Shown piece after piece: positions 19,513-30,035 of a stretch of 64,000 nt of DNA. The notes below the pieces were generated by a model, which did no database searches, was not told the origin of the DNA, and worked only from the letters and a program-made list of their open reading frames with translations. The position numbers were made by a program, and so were the translations under genes. Source of the stretch: an uncultured candidate division Zixibacteria bacterium (GTDB lineage Bacteria > Zixibacteria > MSB-5A5 > GN15 > FEB-12); the NCBI GenBank assembly GCA_963806185.1, contig CAWDXE010000001.1, positions 416,001 to 480,000 of the forward strand. The letters are read 5' to 3'. The stretch's first letter is position 1, and every line of letters begins with the position of its first letter.

Positions 19513-20922
19513 TCAGGGCGTGTATCTTTTCTTGAACTCCTCGGCCGCTTTCTTTCGCGCCGCCTTGACCTCTGCCGGCTCTTTGCCTGTGAACCACCTG
19601 TGGGCATCCATGTCGAGCATTTTCAATACGAGTTGTTCAACCTCTTCAGCCGCCGCTGCTCTGGCTCCTCCGGATGCCTTGGCCCGCTCGATCAATTCCC
19701 TGGTTTGGGGGATGAATTCCATGTAGAATCGCTGGGCCACCTCGAACATCCCGTGCCACTGCGTGTAGTCGGGAGCAAACATCGCCGTGCCCATGCGGGC
19801 GCGCCGACCCTCATGGTGCCACAGCAGGTAGTACGTCCACTCCAACTCCTCGTCGAAGTCGGTGTCCGCGGTAAGGAGTCCGGCCGCTCGCAGCTTGGTA
19901 TAAATGGCCGTGGCCGGTTGGGCGAACTTGTCGTTATACATGCCAACGAGACTGTCGTACTGCTGGTAGAAATTGTCGACATAGCTCGACGTATGGCAAT
20001 TGCTGCAGACCAACTTCATGTCGCCACGGCGAGCTTCCCACGACTTCACTTGTTTACCCGCTTTGATCGCGGCGGCATCGATCTTTTGCGACACTGCCGG
20101 CCGAAGTGTCCAGCTGATCCTCGCTCCCACGTCATGCGTCAACGGCAGGTCCTTGGTCGCGGACATATGACAGGTTGCGCAGGTGGGAGCGGCAGAATAA
20201 TCGATCCCCACCACCCACGACGCCGAGGACAGATTCATCCGATCGATGTTTGCATAGTAGGCGATCCCGTGTTTGGACTCCTCGTAAATCTCTTTCTGGG
20301 GATGATCAGGGCCGAGGTGGCATTTGCCGCAGTTCTCCGGCTGTCGCGCCAGCGCGGCGTCAAACGAGTGGCGACTATGGCAGGCGGCGCATGAGCCCCT
20401 GGACCCATCCGGATTGATCCGACCAATCCCCGTATTCGGCCATGTGGCGGGGTCGAGTGTCTTGTCATCATTGATCTTGATTTCCGAACCGTGGCATTGT
20501 TTGCAGCCGCTGATGGCAGCCATCGGACCTTCAACTACTTCGCCCAGCATGTTGTCGAGCGAACCGAGAATTGTCCCGGCTGCGGCATGGTGCGATGCCT
20601 CGAACTCATTGAACTCATTCACGTGGCACTTCGCACAATCCTTGGGCGATACGATCACCGAAATCGTGTACCCGTTGTGGTCGACGGCATCGAGATCCTT
20701 CGGGTCGGCGGCGTGGCATTCGTAACATCCGACATCCGCTCCGTAATGGCGGCTGTGCCGCCATTCTTTGACCAGTCCCGCCATGTCCGGTTCGTGGCAG
20801 GTGATGCAGGCCGTAGATTGTTCTGAAAGTGCTGTCGGCACCATCCTGTCCGCTCGGACAGACAGTGTCATGCAGAGAATCAACAGCCCAATTGACACGG
20901 ACCACTTACCGTCAAATCTCAT
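19513..20922 (-). CDS. Octaheme cytochrome c, hydroxylamine oxidoreductase family
   Basis: Eight CxxCH motifs; NTGIGRINPDGS.G.C..CH.RH.F, CH.GPDHPQ.EIY.ESKHG, HHEGRRARMG..PDYTQWHG. Confidence 0.92.
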   Translation of the reverse strand: MRFDGKWSVSIGLLILCMTLSVRADRMVPTALSEQSTACITCHEPDMAGLVKEWRHSRHYGADVGCYECHAADPKDLDAVDHNGYTISVIVSPKDCAKCHVNEFNEFEASHHAAAGTILGSLDNMLGEVVEGPMAAISGCKQCHGSEIKINDDKTLDPATWPNTGIGRINPDGSRGSCAACHSRHSFDAALARQPENCGKCHLGPDHPQKEIYEESKHGIAYYANIDRMNLSSASWVVGIDYSAAPTCATCHMSATKDLPLTHDVGARISWTLRPAVSQKIDAAAIKAGKQVKSWEARRGDMKLVCSNCHTSSYVDNFYQQYDSLVGMYNDKFAQPATAIYTKLRAAGLLTADTDFDEELEWTYYLLWHHEGRRARMGTAMFAPDYTQWHGMFEVAQRFYMEFIPQTRELIERAKASGGARAAAAEEVEQLVLKMLDMDAHRWFTGKEPAEVKAARKKAAEEFKKRYTP

Positions 20923-21062
20923 GCGCGAATTCCTCCGTCATCCCGGTTTTGCAGTCTCGACCACCACTCATCAGCCGGCCGCATATCAATCACGTATTCC
21001 GTCGGCCGCGTTTGAGACCACCAGGCTCAAATCATGATCACAAAGGCGAACACAAGCAATGT

Positions 21063-21096
21063 AAAAAAGGCCACCCCTTCCGCTGAGTGAAGTGGC
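21063..21096 (-). terminator. Probable terminator
   Basis: GGCCAC...GTGGCC stem followed by T6 on the minus strand. Confidence 0.5.
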
Positions 21097-21319
21097 CCGG
21101 GAGACCGCGTTCATCGGTCGACGGTTGATATTCGTTTGTGTTGCAGGGAAAACGCTCCGGCGGTGGCCGGTAGGAAAACATCCACATTCGACCATCTGGG
21201 TTCTATCCCTCCCCAAACAGCGCCGAGCCGGAAACTATGGCACGACAGGAATCACTAACGGAACATTATCGATTTCGATAACCCCATTGGCAAGTCACGA
21301 CTGTAATGTGGCGTCCATG

Positions 21320-21433
21320 TCATTCAACCTTCTTCGGTTGTTTATCCTTCCGGACCTGCTCCTCGTGATCGTGCTTGCTCTTCTTCTGCTTCTGCGTCTT
21401 TTCCTTATCTTTCTTTCCACCTTTATCACCCAT
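21320..21433 (-). CDS. 37-aa Lys-rich hydrophilic small protein
   Basis: Translated by hand: MGDKGGKKDKEKTQKQKKSKHDHEEQVRKDKQPKKVE, with AAGGAG RBS. Confidence 0.7.
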   Translation of the reverse strand: MGDKGGKKDKEKTQKQKKSKHDHEEQVRKDKQPKKVE

Positions 21434-21619
21434 AGCCAGACTCCTTTTGTCGTGGTGTTTAAGGTCGTGTCACTATCAAACCGAATTTACGCATCGCACA
21501 GCGGCCTGTCCGCACGAGGCCGGTGACCTGAGATATGATTCGGCAAAAGTCTTTCCGCCCGGATGTCAACCGGACTCTTGGCCGTCGCGAACTCGCACGA
21601 TGACCTCCACGACGCTCCA

Positions 21620-23179
21620 CTACGCCAGTTTCTGCATGGCCGTCTTGGGCAGGGCATTTTCTGTCGCCCACAGGTATGCGTTCGGGTCGTGGCGAATCGC
21701 TCCTTCGGGCAGCCAGTTCCAGAACTCACCCAGATCGCGCCGGATTCTTTGGACAAAATACTGCGGTATCTCCAGCGTTTCCTGCTCGAAGAATCGTCGA
21801 AATGAACGGTCGCTTTCGAATCGGTTCCGCATCTCCGTATAGTGGGCGATTCGACTGAACCGCTCCGATGATAGTCCCCGTACGACATTCAGCAATCTGG
21901 GAATCGTCTCGCCGTTGGCCACGAACCGCCGGGCAATCATGCCTGAGGAAAACGAGTGCCTGGTTACGTCGATAAGGTGATCGTAAAACTCCGGCCACGT
22001 GTAGTGCTTCGGTTTGATGTTCATCTGCGCATTGGTGAGGAACGAAAACGGAACCGGCAGCACCCGGTTCAGACGCTGGAAAGCCAGATTCTGCGGTGCC
22101 GCCTGTCCGAAAGCCGAGAGAACGGAATACGCCGGAAAAGCGCCTGGCGTGAGATCCAGAAACCGCTTGGTGAGCGCAAACGGCTCCTGTCCTTCATCGC
22201 TGTCCAGTCCGAAAATGTGATTGGTCTGCACATACGGAATGTGGCGAAGAATCATGCGGACCTGTTCCGATACCCTCCGCACCTTTTCCATCCCGGTCGC
22301 TTCTCCCGTCCTCGATTTCTTGCCCATCTCGTACCACGATTCAATTCCGGGCAGCAGAGCTTTGAAACCGTTGCGCTTAAGTCGCCGCACGCGCGGCTCA
22401 GACAAGAGCGAGAGCGTCGACTCGGCAATGAAGTCGATTCGTCCCGGCGGCACCACTTCCTCGATGGCGTCCATGCATTGATCGAACCGGACGCCGAAAT
22501 TTGGATCGTGCCACGCTACTCGCGGGTGTTTCAGCTTCGTGAGGAGAAAACGAAGATCCGCCTTCATCTGCTCCATGTCCATCGGTTGAAATGGTACCGA
22601 CGAGTCGATACAAAAATCGCACGAATACGGACACCCGAGACTGCTCAGGAGCGGAACGATCTTTATGAAGGGGGCCTTGCGCAGAGTCTGCTCGATGAAT
22701 TTCCACCGCTCGCCCACGCCGGGCAGTTTAACCGGATGGTGATCGGCCGATAGGTGTATCCCCAGCGGTCGGTGTGATGAGCAATCCCGAAGCACGTCGT
22801 GAACCAACGCCTGATCGGTGAATCCGAGCACATAATCAAAGTACTTCAATGCATCCTGCGGGTAACACCGTGCGTGCGGCCCACCCAGCGCGGTGACGGC
22901 GCCGCGCGACCGAAACAGATTGCTCAACGCATAGGATAAAAGGGCTGCTTCAGTGAATGAACTGATGAAGACGAGATCAACTCCCGCCGGCAATTCCTCC
23001 AGGAGATTCTCCCGCCCCGTGTAAGTCACCAGAGTGACGTCGTGCCCTTGCTCCTCGCACCATGCCGCCACAACCTGCGGCATGATACTGACAAAATTCG
23101 CTCCCATCACCCGCATCCACATTGTTCGCGTGGGTGCTTTTGCCACGAGATCGATGATACCGATCGAAAGTTTCCGCAA
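21620..23179 (-). CDS. B12-binding-domain radical SAM protein
   Basis: GGPHA cobalamin-domain motif; GCPYSCDFC; GGAGG RBS before TTG. Confidence 0.9.
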   Translation of the reverse strand: MRKLSIGIIDLVAKAPTRTMWMRVMGANFVSIMPQVVAAWCEEQGHDVTLVTYTGRENLLEELPAGVDLVFISSFTEAALLSYALSNLFRSRGAVTALGGPHARCYPQDALKYFDYVLGFTDQALVHDVLRDCSSHRPLGIHLSADHHPVKLPGVGERWKFIEQTLRKAPFIKIVPLLSSLGCPYSCDFCIDSSVPFQPMDMEQMKADLRFLLTKLKHPRVAWHDPNFGVRFDQCMDAIEEVVPPGRIDFIAESTLSLLSEPRVRRLKRNGFKALLPGIESWYEMGKKSRTGEATGMEKVRRVSEQVRMILRHIPYVQTNHIFGLDSDEGQEPFALTKRFLDLTPGAFPAYSVLSAFGQAAPQNLAFQRLNRVLPVPFSFLTNAQMNIKPKHYTWPEFYDHLIDVTRHSFSSGMIARRFVANGETIPRLLNVVRGLSSERFSRIAHYTEMRNRFESDRSFRRFFEQETLEIPQYFVQRIRRDLGEFWNWLPEGAIRHDPNAYLWATENALPKTAMQKLA

Positions 23180-23200
23180 CCTGTGTCCTCCGATGTGCTG

Positions 23201-23806
23201 TTATGATATTGAGGCGCTGCCCTTGGCCGTGCCTACGATGCGATCTTCGAGCTCAATCATGTACCGCGGAATTGATTGCCGGTACCTGGACAGGGCCGAC
23301 CTGACCGTGTCCTGACTGGCGTCGGTGATGAAGGCAATTTCGTCATACGAGAATTGCTCTCGAAACCTGAGCAACATGATCAACCGTGACTGCGCTCTGA
23401 GCCGTGCTATGGCACCTCTGAACACGACGCCCGGAATCTCGTACAGCAACGACAGTCCTCGGCTATCGATCGGACTAAGATGAGATGGCCCGAGGCTGTC
23501 CCCTGGCCCGCCGGCCATTGCGCGGGACTGCGCGCGCAACCGTACGGGCTTGCGCTTTCGACTCCTGGAATCGCGAAATGTCCTTACCAGAACTCTGAAC
23601 AGCCGCACTTTGCTGTCGACTGCACCATCGGTGCGGTCCCACGAATGGTAGGCGGTAATCACCGCCTTGAAAACGAGGTACTCGGCGCGACTCCAGCGCT
23701 TGGTGAGCCAGAGAGCCATCCATAAGAGCGCGTCGATGTGAGGGAAAGCGGCTTCCTCGAATTTATTCCGTCGAGTCGCTATGGCAGTCATCATGGGTGA
23801 ACTCAT
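23201..23806 (-). CDS. ECF-type sigma factor, divergent
   Basis: PHIDAL..ALWLT region 2; FSYDEIA...TVRSALSR region 4. Confidence 0.7.
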   Translation of the reverse strand: MSSPMMTAIATRRNKFEEAAFPHIDALLWMALWLTKRWSRAEYLVFKAVITAYHSWDRTDGAVDSKVRLFRVLVRTFRDSRSRKRKPVRLRAQSRAMAGGPGDSLGPSHLSPIDSRGLSLLYEIPGVVFRGAIARLRAQSRLIMLLRFREQFSYDEIAFITDASQDTVRSALSRYRQSIPRYMIELEDRIVGTAKGSASIS

Positions 23807-23970
23807 CGCCTTCTTCTGGGGGGCCTCTCATATCCTGCGGCCATTTTTTGTGTGCGACATAGACTGACGCTAACCCGATTTCGCCTGTAAGCGAATCCAT
23901 CCGTTAGGGCTGCTAATCGTCTTTGTGGATTCAAAATACCCGGAATAAATGACCGATCAATGGGCCGAAG

Positions 23971-23988
23971 GATTGAAAAGAGAACTAG
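23971..23988 (-). promoter_or_regulatory. Island motif copy A (upstream of ECF sigma/radical SAM)
   Basis: CTAGTTCTCTTTTCAATC-N10-TTGATC-N16-TATTTT. Confidence 0.7.
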
Positions 23989-24343
23989 TCCTTTGGATTG
24001 ATACCCCACCGCCGCGAAGGATCGGGCATAATGCCGAAAGATGATAAGGCGTTGACCACCAACCACCAAGTGCATGCGCAGTCAACACTTCACGTCCTCT
24101 TCCCAGTGATGCCGGTAGAACTGTCTCAAGCTTTGCGAAGATAAAGCTGGGCGTTTGACCGTTTTGGTCGTATATATACATATACGACCACCGAATCGAT
24201 CATTTCTCAAGCCTTGCTCTAACCCATCAATCCTTGTCAAATCTTTGATCGGGTGTCGTACGCGCATTGGCGCGATCGCAAAACTCCGACGGGACCCACG
24301 TCAGAGTCTTTTGCGAGTTCCTGCAATGAAAGGAAGATGCCAC

Positions 24344-24577
24344 GTGAATATCTATGTAAGCAACGTTTCCCCGGCGACCTCACTGTCGGATCTCCGGGGC
24401 TGCTTCGAAATCTACGGTGAAGTGACCAAAGCCACCATCAGCACGTACAAGGTCGAGGGCAAACCGCGACGCATGGGAACAATCCAAATGCCCTTCAACC
24501 ATCACGGCCTCGCCGCCGTTGCCGCCCTCCATGGCCGGGAATTGGACGGCGCTATGATTACGGTACGCGAAGAGTGA
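24344..24577 (+). CDS. RRM RNA-binding protein
   Basis: MNIYVSN..L...FE.YGEV..A.L.G.EL.G..I.V; RNP1 is degenerate. Confidence 0.85.
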   Translation: MNIYVSNVSPATSLSDLRGCFEIYGEVTKATISTYKVEGKPRRMGTIQMPFNHHGLAAVAALHGRELDGAMITVREE

Positions 24578-24644
24578 CGCGACTCATTCGCAGGGTGACG
24601 ATGTCGCAGGTTCCTGCGGCCGGTCGTACCCGGAGAGGCAACTG

Positions 24645-24806
24645 ATGTTAATCGTAGCTTGGATCGTGTTTGGGGTAATTCCCGGTTTCCTCGCCTGCAC
24701 TCTCGCTGCCGTTACCGGCCGTCTGGCAATCTGGCAGCCACAGCCGAGCCACGAACTGTACCGCCCGGTCTGCGAAACCCATGACTATGGCAACCTCGGT
24801 CAATAG
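24645..24806 (+). pseudogene. Possible remnant of a GlsB/YeaQ/YmgE (transglycosylase-associated) membrane protein
   Basis: MLIVAWIVFGVIPGFLA resembles the family N-terminus, then similarity is lost; GGAGAGG RBS. Confidence 0.4.
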
Positions 24807-24843
24807 CCGTCCGGATGTATCATTCCCGCTTCAGACCTGGGGA

Positions 24844-24861
24844 TTAGTCCCTTTTTCAATC
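24844..24861 (+). promoter_or_regulatory. Island motif copy E (upstream of GT4)
   Basis: TTAGTCCCTTTTTCAATC-N10-TTCCGA-N16-TATACT. Confidence 0.7.
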
Positions 24862-25020
24862 GTTTGGTCGATTCCGAATTCGACCAACCACCCTATACTG
24901 TTGCTTGCGAGTGTTGACTGATGAGTGGACGCGACGATCGCCGACCATGGGTCGCCTTCAACGTATATTCTACAAGCGTCCAATCCGTCCTGATCCACTG
25001 CTGGAAAGGAATGTCTAAAA

Positions 25021-27282
25021 TTGCGAAACGGAATCGACAGCTCGATCATCAAGCGCATTGCATTTGTCGGCAATTACCTGCCGCGCCGATGCGGCATCGC
25101 CACCTTCACCACGGATTTGTGTGAGGCCATAGCGGCCGAACGTGAGGGGACAACCTGTATTGCCGTTCCCGTCAATGACACCGATGTCGGGTACGAATAC
25201 CCTGCGCGCGTTCGCTTTGAACTCTCGGAGAAGGATATCGAATCGTATCGTCGCGCCGCCGATTTCCTGAATATCAATAATGTCGATCTTGTCTGCCTGC
25301 AGCACGAATACGGCATTTTCGGGGGGCGTGCCGGCAGCCACATTCTGGCTCTCCTGCGCGAACTGCGCATGCCGATTGTCACAACCCTGCACACCATTCT
25401 GGCCGAGCCGGATGCAGATCAACGATGGGCGCTGGAGGAAATCGCGAAGCTCTCAGACCGTCTCGTTGTCATGAGTCAGCGCGGCAAGGACTTTCTGACC
25501 GATGTCTACCACGTGTCCGCAAACAAAGTCGATCTCATCCCGCACGGTATCCCGGACGTTCCATTTGTCGACCCCAGTTTTCACAAGGATCTCTTCGGCG
25601 TCGAGGGTAAAATGGTCCTGCTCAGTTTTGGACTGCTCTCCGCGAGCAAGGGGATCGAAAATGTCATTGAGGCTTTGCCGGCGATTCTCGCTTTACACCC
25701 AAACGTCGTCTACATAATTCTCGGTGAAACTCATCCGCACGTGAAGGAGACGGACGGGGAAGCATACCGGCTCTCCCTACAATGGCTCGCCCGCGAGCGA
25801 GGCGTCGAAGGTAATGTCATCTTCTACAATCGGTTCGTCAGCCTGGAAGAATTGATCGAATTCATCGGCGCGGCCGACATATATATCACTCCCTATCTCA
25901 ACAAGGCGCAGATCACCTCTGGTACCCTGGCCTATACTCTGGGCGCGGGAAAGGCGGTGATTTCCACACCCTATTGGTACGCTGAAGAAATGCTCGCCGA
26001 AGAGCGAGGCGTTCTCGTGCCGTTTCACGATCCGGCTGCGCTCGCACAAAAGGTAACCGACCTGTTGAACGACGAAGCCGGCCGCCATGCGATGCGTAAG
26101 AGGGCGTACCTGTTCGGCAGGGAAATGATTTGGCCGGAGGTGGCGCATCGTTACCGCGAAACCTTCGAGCGCGCCCGGGCTGATCGTCGGCACTTCTCCA
26201 GCCCCGGATACACTGTCAAAGCCCTCGACAAGCACCCCGGCGAACTGCCCCCAGTGAAGCTTGATCACCTGCGCAATATGACCGACGAAACAGGTATCCT
26301 CCAGCACGCCATTTTCACGATCCCCAATTATCACGAAGGATATACGACCGACGACAATACCCGTGCCCTCATCGTGAGCGCGCTGCTTGAGGATCTGGGT
26401 AATCAGGATGCCTTTGACCTGGCCTCGCGCTACCTTGCTTTCATCTGGTACGCGTACAATGCCGATACCGGGCGCTTCCGTAATTTCATGACTTATCAGC
26501 GCACCTGGTTAGAGGCGAACGGATCGGACGACAGCCACGGTCGCGCCCTATGGGCACTGGGCACTGTGCTTGGTCGATCCAATACTCCTGCGCTTCACAG
26601 CATGGCCGGATGGTTATTTGAACAGGCGCTCCCCGCCATTCTCGGCACTACCAGTCCCCGTGCGTGGGGTTTTGCCCTTATCGGCATCCATGAATATCTC
26701 CGCCGCTTCGCCGGCGACCGTCGTGCCAGCCAGGTTCAGGAAGAATTATCCCAGCGACTCCTGTCCTTGTATGAGCGTTGTCGCTCCGACGACTGGTGCT
26801 GGTACGAAGAGGGATTAACCTACTGCAATGCCGTCCTTCCTCATGCGTCGTTGATCTGCGGACAGTCCATTCAGAGCACGGCCATGATCGATGCCGGACT
26901 GGAATCACTTGCCTGGCTCAGCAATATCCAACGGGCCAGCAAAGGGGGCCACTTTGTCCCGATCGGATCCAATGGCTTCTACCGCAAGAGTGGCGAACGT
27001 GCTCGCTTTGACCAACAGCCGGTCGAGGGCCAGGCGATGGTTTCTGCCTGTCTTGAGGCGTTTCGACTTACGAAGGATATCCGCTGGCGCAAAGAAGCCC
27101 AGCGCGCCTTTGAATGGTTCCTGGGCCGCAACGACTTGAACTTATCTATCTACGACCCAACCACGGGTGGATGTCGCGATGGTTTGCATCCTGATCGCCC
27201 CAATGAAAATCTCGGCGCCGAATCTACTCTGGCCTTTCTCCAGTCCCTGCTGGAACTCCGCCTGGCAGAGAACACTTTCTAA
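25021..27282 (+). CDS. GT4 glycosyltransferase fused to a C-terminal alpha-helical glycosidase-like domain
   Basis: PRRCGIATFT, QHEYGIFGG, SGTLAY..G.GK.VISTPY; C-terminal GILQHA..GYTTDDN, FDQQP.E, N.N.GAESTLA. Confidence 0.92.
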   Translation: MRNGIDSSIIKRIAFVGNYLPRRCGIATFTTDLCEAIAAEREGTTCIAVPVNDTDVGYEYPARVRFELSEKDIESYRRAADFLNINNVDLVCLQHEYGIFGGRAGSHILALLRELRMPIVTTLHTILAEPDADQRWALEEIAKLSDRLVVMSQRGKDFLTDVYHVSANKVDLIPHGIPDVPFVDPSFHKDLFGVEGKMVLLSFGLLSASKGIENVIEALPAILALHPNVVYIILGETHPHVKETDGEAYRLSLQWLARERGVEGNVIFYNRFVSLEELIEFIGAADIYITPYLNKAQITSGTLAYTLGAGKAVISTPYWYAEEMLAEERGVLVPFHDPAALAQKVTDLLNDEAGRHAMRKRAYLFGREMIWPEVAHRYRETFERARADRRHFSSPGYTVKALDKHPGELPPVKLDHLRNMTDETGILQHAIFTIPNYHEGYTTDDNTRALIVSALLEDLGNQDAFDLASRYLAFIWYAYNADTGRFRNFMTYQRTWLEANGSDDSHGRALWALGTVLGRSNTPALHSMAGWLFEQALPAILGTTSPRAWGFALIGIHEYLRRFAGDRRASQVQEELSQRLLSLYERCRSDDWCWYEEGLTYCNAVLPHASLICGQSIQSTAMIDAGLESLAWLSNIQRASKGGHFVPIGSNGFYRKSGERARFDQQPVEGQAMVSACLEAFRLTKDIRWRKEAQRAFEWFLGRNDLNLSIYDPTTGGCRDGLHPDRPNENLGAESTLAFLQSLLELRLAENTF

Positions 27283-27302
27283 TCCATGGAGATGCACCCC
27301 CA

Positions 27303-28244
27303 ATGAACAATTCGCACCCCGAACTCCTTCGGCGTCATAAACTCAATCCGATTCTAACTGCCGCCAACTGGCCCTATCCCGTCAACAGCGTCTTCAATCC
27401 AGGTGCCACGTTGCTGGGCGACGGCACAACGCTGTTGCTGTGTCGGGTGGAGGATCGGCGCGGACAGTCGCACCTCTGCGCCGCCCGCTCCGCCAACGGT
27501 GTCGACGGATGGCGGATCGATCCCCAACCGACGTTGCTACCGGACCCCAGGAATTTTCCGGAGGAGATTTGGGGTATCGAGGACCCGAGAATCACCTTCG
27601 TCCCGGAACTCGACCAATACGCCGTAGTGTATACTGCTTTCACTCGCGATGGACCAGGGGTGGCCTTGGCAACAACTGAAGACTTCCAGACATTCAAGCG
27701 CTTTGGGGTCATCATGTCCCCCGAGGACAAAGATGCGACTCTCTTGCCGCATCGTATCGACGGCCGCTGGGCTCTGATTCACCGTCCAATCAGCTCACCA
27801 AGAGCTCACATGTGGATATCGTATTCGCCCGATCTGACTCACTGGGGAGGTCACAAGCTCATGCTTGAAGCTCGACGGGGCGGATGGTGGGATGCAAACA
27901 AGATAGGTCTTTCGCCGCCACCGATAGAAACTCCGCAAGGCTGGCTGGTGATGTACCACGGTGTGCGATACACTGCCGCCGGCGCCATATATCGCCTCGG
28001 TCTTGCACTCTTCGACCTGAAGGCGCCCGAGGTATGTCTCAAGCGCTGCAATCAGTGGGTCTTCGGCCCCGAAGAACCGTACGAATTACATGGTGATGTA
28101 GGAAATGTTGTATTCCCCTGCGGCTATACCATTCTCCCCGACGGCGACACTGTCCACTTCTATTATGGCGCTGCCGACACGAGCATCGCGCTTGCGACGG
28201 GCAGTATACGTGCTATGCTCGATTGGCTGGACAAAGAAGATTGA
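27303..28244 (+). CDS. GH130-family glycosidase/phosphorylase
   Basis: NPIL, VFNPGA, EDPRIT, DKDA, HRP, YHGV, VVFPCG, YYGAAD motifs. Confidence 0.92.
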   Translation: MNNSHPELLRRHKLNPILTAANWPYPVNSVFNPGATLLGDGTTLLLCRVEDRRGQSHLCAARSANGVDGWRIDPQPTLLPDPRNFPEEIWGIEDPRITFVPELDQYAVVYTAFTRDGPGVALATTEDFQTFKRFGVIMSPEDKDATLLPHRIDGRWALIHRPISSPRAHMWISYSPDLTHWGGHKLMLEARRGGWWDANKIGLSPPPIETPQGWLVMYHGVRYTAAGAIYRLGLALFDLKAPEVCLKRCNQWVFGPEEPYELHGDVGNVVFPCGYTILPDGDTVHFYYGAADTSIALATGSIRAMLDWLDKED

Positions 28245-29078
28245 TCTGAGATGGACTGATTGCGAAGCCATGTGCCATACAGTTGAACCTGACGCCATTG
28301 GACGACTCGCACGGGAGAATCTGCGTCCTTCGGTCCAATAGACACATACGGTAACGTAGTGCGGCCCGGAGATTGCGGACAATGCACGTCGAAACGTGGG
28401 GGACTCATACCCTTTAAGTTATCGCTAACTATCTGCTTGTCTAATTGCTGATCAACAAACGACAATAGCATGCTGGTGCCACTTTCCCCCAAGGCATGCA
28501 GTTCGACTCTTCTCCTCGATCGCAAATCTCAGTCCGGTCTACTGGAGGATTCCCTTGATGAAATCTTCTGTACGTTTTGACTCCGTTCGGTACGCATAGG
28601 TCGCTCGTTTGACTGAGACGAGATTTCAAAGCCAACATCTCAACAAAAGCCCGTCCGTGCCTGATTTTAGCTGACCCCACTCACGCCAACCTCCCCGTAA
28701 CAAATTGTTGCACTTTAGCTTGCCGCTTCTGAACCTCAGCGCGCAAACCAATCCAGTGCCTCCCTCGATCAGTTTCTTGAGCGCTTACGCATATATTTGC
28801 GGTTATGCGTGAGCGCTCACGTATAAGGTGTGAATCTTGAGAGCCGCTGCCAAACTGAAAGGGGTCGCACATGGATCAGCGGGCAACATGAAAACTAGAG
28901 ACTCCGTTACCACCGGTGCCAGCCGGGGACTGGAGATTGGGTAATGAGTCCTTCCATGAACGGCCGCTGAGAAAGCTATTCTTCACTGCCCGACAACAAC
29001 TTGGCGCCCTGTCTCAATGAGCTCGTCGCGCAACACCAAGGGTGGCAGGGAAGTTGAGAAACAGTCTAACGAGCGGGG

Positions 29079-30035
29079 ATGGTCGGAATGGGAAACAGGA
29101 CAGTTTTATTTGGGTGCACTGTCGCCATCGTGATTTGTTCGGTTCTGCCAGAAGCAGGATTGCGCGCAGCGATATCCACGCCAACCTCAGTCACGCTCAC
29201 CTGGACCGCGCCCGGAGATGATCACATTACTGGGCGGGCGTCAACTTACGATATCCGGTACTCCCTCGCGACAATCACCAGCGCCAATTGGGCCAACGCT
29301 GCCAGAGTGACTGGCATCCCTGCTCCGAAGGTGGCTGGTAGTGCTGAATCGTTCGAGGTCACGGGTCTGATCTCAAACACGGCTTACTACTTTGCGATGA
29401 GAGTCGGCGACGAAGTCCCCAATTGGTCGGCAATGTCCAACGTGATCAAGAAATCGACCTCGAAGGAGACCACGCCGCCTTCTGCGATCGCCAATTTGGC
29501 GGCCGGAAATGCCACAATTTCAAGCGTCGCCCTTACCTGGACTGCGCCGGGGGATGACGGCACCATCGGAACCGCCACCACCTATGATATCCGCTATGCG
29601 ACAGCCGCGATCACGACGGCCAACTGGGCGTCAGCCACCAAGGTGACAGGCATCCCAGCACCCAAGGTAACCGGCAGCGCCGAGAGCTTCACGATCGCCG
29701 GCCTGAGTTCCTCGACCAAATATTACGTTGCAGTCAAGACGGCTGATGAGGTTCCCAACTGGTCGTCACTCTCAAACGTACCTACGGTGACGACTTGCGG
29801 CGGCTTTTGTATCGGCACGTCAGGGAATGTCGACTGTTCGCCTGACGAGTCAGTGGATATCGTAGATCTAACGACCTTGCTCAGGTACCTGTTCGCCACA
29901 TCAGATACCGCTTGTATCTGCCTCGCCGAAGCCAATATCGATGTTGACCTCGCCAACAGCGTAGACATAGCCGACCTCTCACGACTGATCGACTACTTGT
30001 TCCTCTCACATAATCCGCTGTCCGCCTGCCTATGA
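29079..30035 (+). CDS. Secreted protein with two fibronectin type III domains and a dockerin-like tail
   Basis: Two LTWTAPGDD..YDIRY..DEVPNWS..SN repeats; C.GT.GNVDC..VDI.DL tail. Confidence 0.9.
   Translation: MVGMGNRTVLFGCTVAIVICSVLPEAGLRAAISTPTSVTLTWTAPGDDHITGRASTYDIRYSLATITSANWANAARVTGIPAPKVAGSAESFEVTGLISNTAYYFAMRVGDEVPNWSAMSNVIKKSTSKETTPPSAIANLAAGNATISSVALTWTAPGDDGTIGTATTYDIRYATAAITTANWASATKVTGIPAPKVTGSAESFTIAGLSSSTKYYVAVKTADEVPNWSSLSNVPTVTTCGGFCIGTSGNVDCSPDESVDIVDLTTLLRYLFATSDTACICLAEANIDVDLANSVDIADLSRLIDYLFLSHNPLSACL

Noticed and set aside
19513..20922. Evidence of ammonia oxidation
   Set aside because: No amo, cycA or cycB genes, and the cross-link Tyr appears to be absent.
24195..24212. 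Further copies of the island motif upstream of the RRM gene (also ~21527-21544 and ~35530-35547)
   Set aside because: Too degenerate, and without a clear -35/-10 at the fixed spacing, to call by eye.
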